Source: Nitrospinaceae bacterium
GTDB lineage: Bacteria; Nitrospinota; Nitrospinia; Nitrospinales; VA-1
Direction of reading: 5' to 3'
Length of the DNA: 64,000 nucleotides
Assembly (NCBI GenBank): GCA_046754465.1
Contig: JBHHVU010000003.1
Location: forward strand, 1 to 64,000
Shown here: in pieces, positions 8,510-18,282 of the stretch
Layout of the letters: every line of letters begins with the position of its first letter
How positions within the stretch are numbered: the first letter of the stretch is position 1
Program-made: the position numbers and the translations under genes
The notes under the pieces: generated by a model
The model's database searches: none
Seen by the model: the letters and a program-made list of their open reading frames with translations, nothing else
Told to the model about the DNA's origin: nothing

Positions 8510-9097
8510 TTAGTTTCCGGAATCACCTTGTGCGGGATTGGGCTGACGGGCTTTCAAGTGGGCCACGAAACTCTTGGCTTCCGCATCGCGGCCTATCTTG
8601 TGGAGAAGGTCCACGTAACCCTCCAGGGCAAAGTTGACCAGGGGATTTTCCAGCCCCAAGGTTTTCTCCCAAATAATAAAGGCACGCTTGGCAAGAGGTG
8701 CGGCTTCGGCATACATGCCACGAACACGGTAATTCCCCGCAAGGGTATTGAGGATGGCGGCGACCTTGGGATGCTCCGACCCCTGGACCTTCTCGGCAAT
8801 GGCAAGGGACCGCTTGATATAGGGCTCCGCCTCGGCGTACTTCCCTTGAACCCGGTCAATTTCCGCCATATTGTTAAGGCTTAATGCCAAACGCGGATCA
8901 TCGATGGGGAATTTCTCCGCCTCGTGAAGAGCGGCCAAAAGCTTTTTCTCCGCTTCTGCATAATCCCCTTTCCCATAGGCGGCCAAACCGGCATTATGGT
9001 AATCCTCCCAATTCTCTTGCGAAAAATATACCGTTTTGATGTAAAGGAAAGTGCCCACCACCGCTATAAATAGTGCAAAAGCTCTCGTCATTGTCAT
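8510..9097 (-). CDS. TPR protein with N-terminal membrane anchor (kinesin-light-chain-like repeats)
   Basis: SLNNMAEIDRVQGKYAEAEPYIKRSLAIAEKVQGSEHPKVA-type repeats. Confidence 0.88.
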   Translation of the reverse strand: MTMTRAFALFIAVVGTFLYIKTVYFSQENWEDYHNAGLAAYGKGDYAEAEKKLLAALHEAEKFPIDDPRLALSLNNMAEIDRVQGKYAEAEPYIKRSLAIAEKVQGSEHPKVAAILNTLAGNYRVRGMYAEAAPLAKRAFIIWEKTLGLENPLVNFALEGYVDLLHKIGRDAEAKSFVAHLKARQPNPAQGDSGN

Positions 9098-9310
9098 GAA
9101 TCATGGCCTCCGGCTGATGGACCCTATCCCTCTGACGACTACTTAATGTAACCCCATCCCGTTACTGGCACCAACTTTTTAAATCCATCTTCCGGAGGGA
9201 AAGGGTGGGTCCGGGCCTGGTGGGTCATCCCTGGCAATGTCTCCCCTTCGGCCCCCGCCCGGAATGCCGCCACGCGTCCATTCCCCCAGGCATGAATGGA
9301 GAGGTATGAA

Positions 9311-9340
9311 TTGACAGGGTATGGATAAGCTTTCTATAAT
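9311..9340 (+). promoter_or_regulatory. sigma70 promoter
   Basis: TTGACA-N18-TATAAT. Confidence 0.7.
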
Positions 9341-9385
9341 CCTTTCTTATCCAAATAATAATCATTGCTATCAAGGTCGGGTTCC

Positions 9386-11359
9386 ATGAAGGATAACGAA
9401 AAATTTTTGTCCGCGCTCAAACGTCCAGGATCCATTCGCTTCGCCGCCAACCAAAAATCGGTGGAGGCCCTGGAAAATCTCCTGCCCCGGTTGAATCACA
9501 CCCGCATTGACGGGGCTTCCTACTGGTTCGTGAACGATCGGCCCAGCACCGCCAATACGAGGATCAAGGCCTATCCCACGGGTCACATGGTGTTTTACAA
9601 CCCGGAGGGAAGACGTTTCCTTTTCACCGACCCGGGGGGACATCCCCTCCACGAATGCGAATGGACCCCGGACGCACAGTCCGGCGAAACGAAACTCACC
9701 CACGCGCGCTTGCAGCTCGATTGCCTCCAGTGGGTGGGAATCAAACCCCGCGCCAAAACGTTCCAGACTCAAATCGATATCAAGGGTCAAAAGGGCTGGG
9801 AAACCATGTCCCTGGACGATCTCCGGGAAAAGGCGGCGGAAGCCTGGCGGGTGCCCTTGTCGGAGGTAAAGTATTTTTACCAGGACGAAAACCTGGTTCC
9901 CCTGGGCGACGGCAAATACAACGTCCTCTTGACCAAGGACGGACTTTACGCACTGATGGACGGCACCTTCGATAAATCCATGTTCATCAGCTTCATGTTC
10001 AGGGTCCGATGGGAAAAGCTGGATTTGATCCCGGTGGTGGAACTGTTTCAATCCACGCTGCCGGGGAGCGGAGGCGCCTCCTTCGAGCTCATCTGGGGAC
10101 TATATGAGGATCAATCGCGGGAAGAGAAACTGGGGCCTTTACGTTACCGCGGCCTCCCCACCTATCCCTCCAAGGAAGCGTTCAATATCTTTTCCGCTTT
10201 TTTCACGCCACAACTTTCGAAGGAAAAAGATATCCTCAAGGTATTTCTCGATCCCAACCGCTCGCACGAGATCACCTGGACCGCCAAGGCCAATCCGCCC
10301 TGGCGCTATATCAGCGACCCACACCAGATCACCCTGACGATTCAGGACCACAAACTTTATAAAACCACGGTCCATAACGATACGCTCCCCATCCCCTTCG
10401 TGAATCATTCCGGGGGGGGGAATCCCTCCGCCGAGCGGGAGCTGCATGTAGGAACCAACTCTTTTCTCCTGATCGATGGGGACCTTTCGCGCGAAATTCC
10501 CTTCGAACCGTCATGGGGAATCCACCCCCAAATCGCTCCGCTGCCAAAGCGTCCCAAGGTCCCGTTCGGATGGAAGTGGTTTTTCAACGGGTTCCCTCCC
10601 AAGGTGGACCCGGTCAAAGCTCTTTACACCCTTCCCTTCTATCCCGAAGGCGCCGCGGAGATCGAGGAATCCGCTCTCCAACCCATGGTGCTGGACCAGA
10701 TTTTCTATTACATGGAAATGTCGCCGGGCATGCCCGCCAAACTGGACAAAATCGACCGGGTTCTCATTCACACCTTCGACACGGTGATCGCCGGCTGCGT
10801 CGACTGCACGAAGGAACGGCAATACACGGTTCTGTTCAGCGACCCGGAGTTCGCGCAAAAAAACGCCTGCCTGTTATGGAATTACGCCCGGTCCAAAAAC
10901 CAACTGAACAACCTGAACAAAGTATCCTTCCTGCCGGAAAAAGAACATGTGGCGGAGGTCTACCGGGAAAAATACGGATTGATCTTCAAGTGGATCCCGT
11001 TCATGTATTTCCAGGACCGAGAAGCCTGCGAGAGCATGCTAAAAGCCCTGGCCGACGCCCTGCTTCCCGAAGGAATCCTTTTCCTCGCCGGGCCCCGGCC
11101 CATCCAGGGTCTGTTCAATCACTACGGGCTGGAAGGTCTTTACAAGGACCCGGTGATCAACATGCCGTTTTACCGACAGCATCTCAAAATGTGTCCCGAA
11201 AACAAGGTGAATCCGGAATTCACGGTGTTCCTGGCGGAAAAAATCGAAAAGAAGGAACCGAGCCAGGAAGAGCCTCCCCGGCAAACCACCCCGGCTGAGG
11301 AAAAAAGCTTCGACCCGCCGCCCCTGCGCAGCTTCACTCCGCCCCCCGACAGGAAATAA
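9386..11359 (+). CDS. Hypothetical protein; C-terminal part weakly SAM-methyltransferase-like
   Basis: Long ORF with host-like GC-rich codons behind a consensus promoter; YGLIFKW...LKALADALLPEGILFL resembles class I MTase beta4-beta5. Start uncertain (9365 or 9386). Confidence 0.8.
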   Translation: MKDNEKFLSALKRPGSIRFAANQKSVEALENLLPRLNHTRIDGASYWFVNDRPSTANTRIKAYPTGHMVFYNPEGRRFLFTDPGGHPLHECEWTPDAQSGETKLTHARLQLDCLQWVGIKPRAKTFQTQIDIKGQKGWETMSLDDLREKAAEAWRVPLSEVKYFYQDENLVPLGDGKYNVLLTKDGLYALMDGTFDKSMFISFMFRVRWEKLDLIPVVELFQSTLPGSGGASFELIWGLYEDQSREEKLGPLRYRGLPTYPSKEAFNIFSAFFTPQLSKEKDILKVFLDPNRSHEITWTAKANPPWRYISDPHQITLTIQDHKLYKTTVHNDTLPIPFVNHSGGGNPSAERELHVGTNSFLLIDGDLSREIPFEPSWGIHPQIAPLPKRPKVPFGWKWFFNGFPPKVDPVKALYTLPFYPEGAAEIEESALQPMVLDQIFYYMEMSPGMPAKLDKIDRVLIHTFDTVIAGCVDCTKERQYTVLFSDPEFAQKNACLLWNYARSKNQLNNLNKVSFLPEKEHVAEVYREKYGLIFKWIPFMYFQDREACESMLKALADALLPEGILFLAGPRPIQGLFNHYGLEGLYKDPVINMPFYRQHLKMCPENKVNPEFTVFLAEKIEKKEPSQEEPPRQTTPAEEKSFDPPPLRSFTPPPDRK

Positions 11360-11465
11360 AGAAACCAGCGGGCCGAAACAAGGCAGGCGGAAAACTGGAG
11401 AAAAAGCAGGGGCGCGGCAATACCGCCCCCCAGCCATGGAACTTAATGAGTCCTGAACAGGATCG

Positions 11466-13022
11466 TTATTTCTTACCCTCCTCAAACTCATGCTTATCAA
11501 TCTCGTCGTCCGAATCCTTCTTGTCCACCTCCTGATGGAAGATCTTGACGTCCGGCTTGCTGTTGTCGAACGGGATCAGGAATTCACCCAGATCGTCGGC
11601 AATCTGGATGCTGAATGGGACCGGAACGCTGAAATCGATCCCGGAAAGGTCCACTCCCTTGAGCTTGATCTCGTATTCACCGTCTCCATGTTCCGGTTCC
11701 AACTTCAATTCCGTGCTGTCCCGAAGCACCATCTGCTTGATTCCGGAGAAGGGCTTGGTTTTCGGAGCCTTGAAGACCCACCGGCCTTCTTTTCTGACAA
11801 AGGATCCCGGCGGAATGGTTTCCGCGAACGTGCCCAGCGTGAAAGTGACATATTCAGTCACGGTATCGATGCCGTTGCTGGTGAGACCGAGAACCAGGTT
11901 GCCCCGGACCTTGAACTTGTCCGGTTTACCGGGTTTCAACTCGGCCCGCGCCCAGATGACACCGGGATCGAAGGAAATGGTGCTCACCGTTACGGTTTGA
12001 GTTGCCGTTCCCGTATTGCCTGCCGAATCGGTCGCCGACCATGTCACCGTTGTCGTGCCAAGGGGGAACGGACCCGTGTTGTCAGGCGCCGGGATTAAAG
12101 CCCCGTCCACTAAATCACTCGCCGTGGCCGTGCCCAGCGGGACCACTGTAAACGGTCCGGTCGCAAGCACCGTCAAATCCGGCGGCGGGATAATCACGGG
12201 CGGCGTCTTATCCTGAACCGTGATGCTGACCGTATCCGGAGCGGAATCCACGGTCCCGTCATTCACCACCAGCGTTACGATATGCGTTCCCGCCGGGATG
12301 AGAACCGTGGGGAATTCACCCGTTGCCGCCCCGAACGGACCGGTCCAGGTAAGAACCAAGGGATCGCCGTCCGGGTCGCTGGAGCCGGACCCGTTTAATG
12401 TTACATTCGATCCGGCGGGACCTTCCTGCTCCACAACCTGGTCCGCGCCAGCATCCGCGATGGGCGGCTGGTTGGAAGGGCCGATTTTGCTCACGAACGC
12501 GTCATCGCCGCCGACGTTCGCCCCGCCGGTTGGCAGGGGATTCAAGGTCGGAAAGTCGGTGGATTCTCTAAATCCCGTCATGTAGGCGTTCCCCGATGAG
12601 TCCGCCGCGATGCCAAAGGCCCGATCAGAATTATTCCCCCCCAGGTAGGTGGATTAGGCAACCGCGCCTGTCGCGTCCAGCTTGCTCACAAACGCGTCAC
12701 CAGCACCGGCACGCGCCGCCTGCAGGGGATTCAAGGTCGGAAAGTCGGTGGATTCTCTAAATCCCGTCATGTAGGCGTTCCCCGATCCGCGGGAAAGAAA
12801 TTTCACTTGCCCGTCCGTCTGGCCCTCGTTGATCTCGAAAGCCAGGGGCGTTTTGAGGTAGGTTTGAATGACTCGGGAGTTGCGGGCCGGGAGGGCTTGG
12901 GTGGCGGCGGGGGATGCGGGGCTGGCGATGGATTTGGAATTCGCCGGGGCGGCGCTGGAAGACATCCCGGCAAACACCGGACAAGTCAACAAGACGGTGA
13001 GTAACCAAAGTAAACGTATCAT
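11466..13022 (-). pseudogene. Disrupted secreted SBBP beta-propeller/PKD/HYR surface protein
   Basis: ORFs 12654-13022 and 11466-12581 are in frame and separated by a single TAA at 12654-12656 inside ...GAVA*STYLGG (expected YSTYLGG). Has a signal peptide, PKD-like NQPPIADAGADQ...SSDPDGD and HYR-like DKTPPVI...FPLGTTTVTWSATD. Confidence 0.8.
12533..12786. repeat. Identical 65-bp direct repeat (12533-12597, 12722-12786)
   Basis: Both copies encode SGNAYMTGFRESTDFPTLNPL; period 189 bp. Confidence 0.92.
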
Positions 13023-13282
13023 GAGTTCCCTCTCTCACATCATGAAAAAACGTAGAATCCCGGCGGTTGGATTTTTTCTTAACGTTTTTGCCCTTAAAAC
13101 ATTCTCAATACGTTTCCCCGAAAGACAGATTTATTGCTTCGCCTGAATTTGCTTATAATGGCTGTCATGAAACATGTCAAACATATTTCTCGCAAACTCC
13201 TTTGTCAATATAGAATTATCGATCTACCCAAACAAATCTCCGCTTGCCAATTTTGGCAATCGGATAGGATCCGATTTTTTTC

Positions 13283-13536
13283 TCAACCATCCTGTCGATC
13301 CTGTTCATCCTGTCAAAATCCCCCTCACCCCCTTTAAAAAGGGGAGCCGAGAACCTCGGCGGGTGGTTTGGACACTCGTTATAGGGCGGACCCGGATCGA
13401 TAGGCGATTGGGATAGACCTATCTTCCTCCCCGCGGGGCGGGGCAGAATAAAATCCGGTTTTTATTTTCAACCATCCTGTCGATCCTGTTCATCCTGTCA
13501 AAAACAAAATCCCCCTCACCCCCTTTAAAAAGGGGA
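13283..13536. repeat. Duplicated ~63-bp intergenic REP-like element (13283-13345, 13468-13536)
   Basis: tcaaccatcctgtcgatcctgttcatcctgtcaaaa...tccccctcaccccctttaaaaagggga twice; internal ATCCTGT x3 and a ccccttt/aaagggg hairpin. Confidence 0.88.
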
Positions 13537-13622
13537 TGGGGTGGCTCCCTTTAGGAAAGAAGGCACCTAAGAAACTTTAACTTCCCTGAAGGGGGAAATA
13601 ATTAATCCGTTTCTGTCAAAAA

Positions 13623-15443
13623 TCACATCATGACTTCGGGGGCGGGTTCGCGGCTCGACCGGGGATGGTTCTTGACGTAAAGGTCGGGAAGGTTGTTCGT
13701 GCCGTAATGGGTAATATAGAGGAAGACGTGTTCCCGGGCATTGATCCGCAGCGCCCAGGGATCGAAATCGTCCCTGTAGAAACTCTCGTAGCGGGCCATG
13801 GCCTCTTCGATGGTCTGTCCGGATTCGGGGGTGTAATAAAAATCCAGTGCGAGGTCGTGTTCGGGATGGTGCTTCACGTGGATGCCGTATTTGTCCACAT
13901 CCTTAAAGATCGGCGCGTTGTTGTAGAGAACGAAGAAGTACATCTCGACGGAGTGGATCAGGTCCTGATGGGAGAGGAGAAATCTTCGGGTGTCCTCCGC
14001 CTCTTCAGGGGTCTCGCTTGGAAATCCGTAAAATCCCATCACATGGCTCCAGATGCCCACGCGCCGGGCTTCGGTTAAATTCTTGATGGCCGCCTTGATA
14101 TCGGTGTCCTTCTTCACCAGCTTGATGATGCGCTCGTTGGCCGATTCCAGCCCGAAATAGAGCGACCGGCAGCCGGATTCCGCCGCCTTGTCCCACAATT
14201 CCGGTTCGAGCAGGAGCGATTCGAACCGGATGAGCGTGGTCCAGAAGATCCCGAGATTCGCCTCGACCATCATCGGCGGCAGCTTGACGAACAGAGCGGG
14301 TGGAAAGGATTCGTCGGTGAACAGGAAGTGCCGGGCGTTGTACTTTTCTTTCAGTTGGGCCAGTTCGCGGATGATTTGATCCGCGTGTTTGGCGCGGAAC
14401 TGGTCGATGTAACCCGCCCCGTGATCGCAGAAGGTGCATTTCCCCCAATAGCAGCCCCGGGTGCCGAGGTAGGGAATCAGTTTTTCCGGCGAAAAATATT
14501 TATCCCACGGCAAGCCGTCGAAATCGGGAACCGGCAGTTCGTTCACCCGTTCCTGGTACAACTCGTTGACCCGAACCTGTCCCGCTTCATCCCGGTAAAT
14601 CAGATTGGGAACCTTGGAAAGAGGCCTTTTGCCGCCGAGGGCCTCCACCAGGAACACCATGGCGTGTTCCCCTTCATAGGTGATCATCGAATCGAACGCA
14701 CGGCCCCAGAACTTTTCCTGTTTGGGAAGCTGGTCCTTGAGACGGGTAACCACGTTGCCGCCCACGGTAACATGGATTCCGGGATATTTTTCCTTGATGA
14801 GAGTGGAGAAGGTGATCCCCGACATGAGCTGCACGGGGGTGCCGATGGAGATTCCCACCACATCCGGACGTTCCTCCTCGATATATTTGAAAACCAGTTG
14901 CCGGCAAACATCGGCGTAGACATTGACCTGGGAGTCGTGGGGAGCCCGGACCAGGTCCTCGGAGACCCAGGGCCGGTACAGGTTCAGGTTGCTCTCCACC
15001 GGGTAGAAATTGACGCTTGCGGGAAAATAGGAAACCGAGATGTACTCCATCACCTCCCGGAAAGCGTTCAAGGCCCATTCGGCCTTTTCGATCTCGTAGA
15101 ACTCCTCTGTCCGTAGGATCCTTTTGGCGCGTACGACCTTCCGAATATGGTGCTCAAGGTCGATATAAGTGTAATCCTTAAGCATCCCCTTAATCTTCCG
15201 CTCATCAGGAGTGATCGTCCCCAACCGTTCTTTGTTCCGAAGCTCTTTCAGCCGGTTTTTGATCCGGGTCTGGATGAATTCCAGGTATTCTCCACTGAAG
15301 AAAAGGTCATACATCTCCACGTTGATGTCTTTTTGAACCACATCTATCCCGTTCTGCCTCAACACGGCGGTGAGGCTGGGCAATGCCAGGTAGGGAGCGG
15401 TGGGAACCCACTCCGGCGGGAAAATCAGCATGACTTTCTTCAT
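13623..15443 (-). CDS. B12-binding domain radical SAM protein
   Basis: MKKVMLIFPP...PYLALPSL, VTVGGN, YEGE and GTRGCYWGKCTFC (Cx4Cx2C). ATG at 15443 has SD GAGG. Confidence 0.9.
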   Translation of the reverse strand: MKKVMLIFPPEWVPTAPYLALPSLTAVLRQNGIDVVQKDINVEMYDLFFSGEYLEFIQTRIKNRLKELRNKERLGTITPDERKIKGMLKDYTYIDLEHHIRKVVRAKRILRTEEFYEIEKAEWALNAFREVMEYISVSYFPASVNFYPVESNLNLYRPWVSEDLVRAPHDSQVNVYADVCRQLVFKYIEEERPDVVGISIGTPVQLMSGITFSTLIKEKYPGIHVTVGGNVVTRLKDQLPKQEKFWGRAFDSMITYEGEHAMVFLVEALGGKRPLSKVPNLIYRDEAGQVRVNELYQERVNELPVPDFDGLPWDKYFSPEKLIPYLGTRGCYWGKCTFCDHGAGYIDQFRAKHADQIIRELAQLKEKYNARHFLFTDESFPPALFVKLPPMMVEANLGIFWTTLIRFESLLLEPELWDKAAESGCRSLYFGLESANERIIKLVKKDTDIKAAIKNLTEARRVGIWSHVMGFYGFPSETPEEAEDTRRFLLSHQDLIHSVEMYFFVLYNNAPIFKDVDKYGIHVKHHPEHDLALDFYYTPESGQTIEEAMARYESFYRDDFDPWALRINAREHVFLYITHYGTNNLPDLYVKNHPRSSREPAPEVMM

Positions 15444-15876
15444 AACCCTCAATCCTGATAATTGTTACCGCGTGGTTCCGGTCCGTGGAAAGACACGGAA
15501 CCGGCGGCCAGAGATCGTACATCCAACGGGCCGGCGGAACACCCTTTTCCCCCGGCGTTCTTCCTCTTACCCAAGAACGATTCTGTTATCATACACACCC
15601 CGGCTCCCCCATCGCGGATTAAAATAAAATCCGGGCGGAGATTTTTGTATCCCCGGAAACCGGCTGGGGCCACCCGGAAACCGAGGTGCGCCAATAGCGA
15701 TACCCTTGGATTTTTGTGGGATTCACTTTTTGTTAATGATACCATTACAACATACAAAATACGACCCGGTCCAGCAAGCTTACGCTTTAACCATGTGGGC
15801 TTACCGGGGAATGTTGCGTTCCCTGGCCGGGGTCGGTGCATGTCGATCATTCATTTTTGAGGGAGTGTAATTTTAT

Positions 15877-16380
15877 ATGGCTACACAGGAGACCAGTATG
15901 GAAATCAAGGCCAAAATCCTGCTGGATGAAGCAAATTTAGCATTTTCTGAAACGGCTGAACGTAAAGACAAAGCCGGAGAGCGAACCCTGGACGGTTCGG
16001 CCTGGGACCAAGGCAAAATGGATGGGGAATATGATGAAGAAGATTACCAGACTATCCTGGAACTGCAAAAGAAAGCCGCGGAAATCTGTGACAGCCATCC
16101 GGAACTGGAAGAAAGAACCTCGGAATTGTTTCAATCCGTTACTCCCGAAAACGCCGAGGACGTTTTAAAGGAGGCTATGTCCGACCCCAATATTCTCGAA
16201 TTGTCGCGGATTCCGGTGACCATTTTTCTACTCCGGTTTCCAACGGTCCAGTCGTTTGTCAACAAGGGACACCCCCTGGTTCTGGCCATGGACGAGTACA
16301 TGCTGGAGAACGCCAACGCTCAGAACTGGCAGGATTATCAAAATATCGCCCAGGAATACGGCTGGATAACCGGCAAGTGA
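15877..16380 (+). CDS. Acidic hypothetical protein
   Basis: 167-aa ORF with SD GAGGGAG and normal composition. Confidence 0.8.
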   Translation: MATQETSMEIKAKILLDEANLAFSETAERKDKAGERTLDGSAWDQGKMDGEYDEEDYQTILELQKKAAEICDSHPELEERTSELFQSVTPENAEDVLKEAMSDPNILELSRIPVTIFLLRFPTVQSFVNKGHPLVLAMDEYMLENANAQNWQDYQNIAQEYGWITGK

Positions 16381-16401
16381 CCTAGGGAAGATGCCGCCCT
16401 C

Positions 16402-17898
16402 TTGAGGGTGAATTTTTCCCCAAACCGGCCGCGGACCCGGCCTCCAGCCGGGCTCATGGGCAAACCGAGTGGGATCATGCAGTTTCGTTACAAACTCGCG
16501 AAAGAAACATTCAAGAATAAGAAAGTCCCTCCGAAGAAAGCTCCGGGAGAAGACAACATTTCTCCCGACCAGCGGGGAAACGATACCTCCTGGACGGACT
16601 CACAACTCCTGAGCCTGGACAAGGAAACCAAACGCGTGGAGCCGAAGGCCCGGGAAGAAAAGCCCCGGGAAGTGTCCCGCCGGGACCTGTTCTCGTTCGC
16701 CCGGCTCACCGATTTCGCCGAGGCGGTCGAGGCCGGAGAAAAAAACCTCGCCCGAAAGAAAAAAACCGGCCGCGAGGAACCGGATCCCGATTCCCAGGAT
16801 TCCAGCGAGGCGTCCGGGGAAACCAGCGCGGCTGAATCCCAGGTTTCCACCGCCTCCGGCGAGGCAAATACGGAACCGGACGCCCCCGCCAGGAGAAAAG
16901 GATTCTTCAAGCGGATTTTCCATCGCCTTCGGCCAGGGTCCACTAAGGAGGAGCCCCAACCTCCTCCCCCGAAACCTTCAAAAACAACCGAAATCAATGC
17001 GGAAGATGAGGCCTCCCGCCCCTCCCAGGATTCAGCCACAGCGGCTCCCTCATCCACGGACCCAACGCCAACCCGGGTGGAAGCGGCCCGGTCCTCCAGG
17101 GAACCCCAGGCGGCGGAAGAACCGCCGGCGGTGGAGCCGGCAGAGGACGAGGAAGTGGACCCCGCCACCAACCGGCGCAACCTGTTACGCCAGGGGGTGC
17201 ATTTTTTCGCCAAACCCGCGGTGGAGAAGGTTCAGAATAAAATCAACCGGGTCAACGAAACCCTCGACAAAATCACCAAACGGGTTCCGCTGATCCGTCC
17301 GCCCGGCGCCATCTCCGAACAACAGTTCCTGCAGGCCTGCACCCGGTGCGACAAATGCATCCACGCCTGTCCCAAGGACGCCATCCAGAGGGTGCCCAAG
17401 AAAATGGGATTTCTGATCATGGGGACGCCCTACATCGATCCCAAGAAAATTCCCTGCGTCATGTGCGACGATTTGCCCTGCATCCCCGCCTGCCCGGACG
17501 GGGCGCTGGTGCCCCCGGAAAGCGGGAGCAGATTCGACGTGAAAATGGGATACGCCATTTTGGACAAATCCAAATGCCAAGCTTACGGTGACACGTTCTG
17601 CCAGCAGTGCGTCATCGATTGCCCCATTCCTGGCGCCATCACCCAGACCGGCCAGAAACCCATTTTCCATAAAAACGTTTGCACCGGCTGCGGCGTCTGC
17701 GTGCTTTCCTGCAGCACCGTAAACATCCCCCTCGCCATCAAGATCAAACCCCAGATGGTCATCGAAAGCCAGCTCCGCAAGAAACGGCTGGAACAGGAAC
17801 GGGAGAGGATACAGGCCGAGCGCCAGGCCGCCGAGAAAAAAGCCCGGGAAGAAGAGGCTCTGGAGCAGGAATCCCCGGCGGAAGACCTACAGGAATAA
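16402..17898 (+). CDS. NapG/MauM-type 4x[4Fe-4S] ferredoxin with a long disordered N-terminal extension
   Basis: LIRPPGA..E..FL.ACTRCDKCIHAC, CVMC..CIPAC, CQQCVIDC, CTGCGVCVLSC. Start uncertain (16402, 16456 or 16477). Confidence 0.85.
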   Translation: MRVNFSPNRPRTRPPAGLMGKPSGIMQFRYKLAKETFKNKKVPPKKAPGEDNISPDQRGNDTSWTDSQLLSLDKETKRVEPKAREEKPREVSRRDLFSFARLTDFAEAVEAGEKNLARKKKTGREEPDPDSQDSSEASGETSAAESQVSTASGEANTEPDAPARRKGFFKRIFHRLRPGSTKEEPQPPPPKPSKTTEINAEDEASRPSQDSATAAPSSTDPTPTRVEAARSSREPQAAEEPPAVEPAEDEEVDPATNRRNLLRQGVHFFAKPAVEKVQNKINRVNETLDKITKRVPLIRPPGAISEQQFLQACTRCDKCIHACPKDAIQRVPKKMGFLIMGTPYIDPKKIPCVMCDDLPCIPACPDGALVPPESGSRFDVKMGYAILDKSKCQAYGDTFCQQCVIDCPIPGAITQTGQKPIFHKNVCTGCGVCVLSCSTVNIPLAIKIKPQMVIESQLRKKRLEQERERIQAERQAAEKKAREEEALEQESPAEDLQE

Positions 17899-18282
17899 AT
17901 TTTCCTCCCCCCGTGGACGGACCGCGGTCCTCCGTCAATTAACTCCCTCTTCCCGGTAACGTCCGGCCGAACGGGAATTTGAATCACCCCCGGTGGCGGC
18001 TGAAAAACTTTGCCGGGATTTAGGTTTCCTCCCTGTCTCCTCATTCATTGTCCGGATACGAAATAAACTGCTTGCAACTCTCCCTGGATTTGAGTATTTT
18101 GTTGAATCTTTTGTCCGTGCCGCTCACTGGGGGGACGATTGAAAAAATTCCCCCTCGGACCCGGAATCAGGAGCGGCCCAGGATTTCAAGGTTTCACCGG
18201 TTGAGGACCTCTTCCCCACCCACAGGACAAAGGAATCCCCGGAACCATCAACATCGTCCGGCAAACCAGATTCAAGGAATCC

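Noticed and set aside
12654..12656. Recoded stop (Sec/Pyl readthrough)
   Set aside because: The codon is TAA at an expected Tyr position, so a nonsense change or base-call error is simpler.
12533..12786. DGR template/variable repeat pair
   Set aside because: The copies are identical with no adenine-specific mismatches, and there is no reverse transcriptase in the window.
15455..15870. Cobalamin riboswitch before the B12 radical SAM gene
   Set aside because: No B12 box or conserved core recognised on either strand.
17900..18282. T-box leader for aspS
   Set aside because: No T-box consensus (AAGGTGGxACC) or terminator/antiterminator found.
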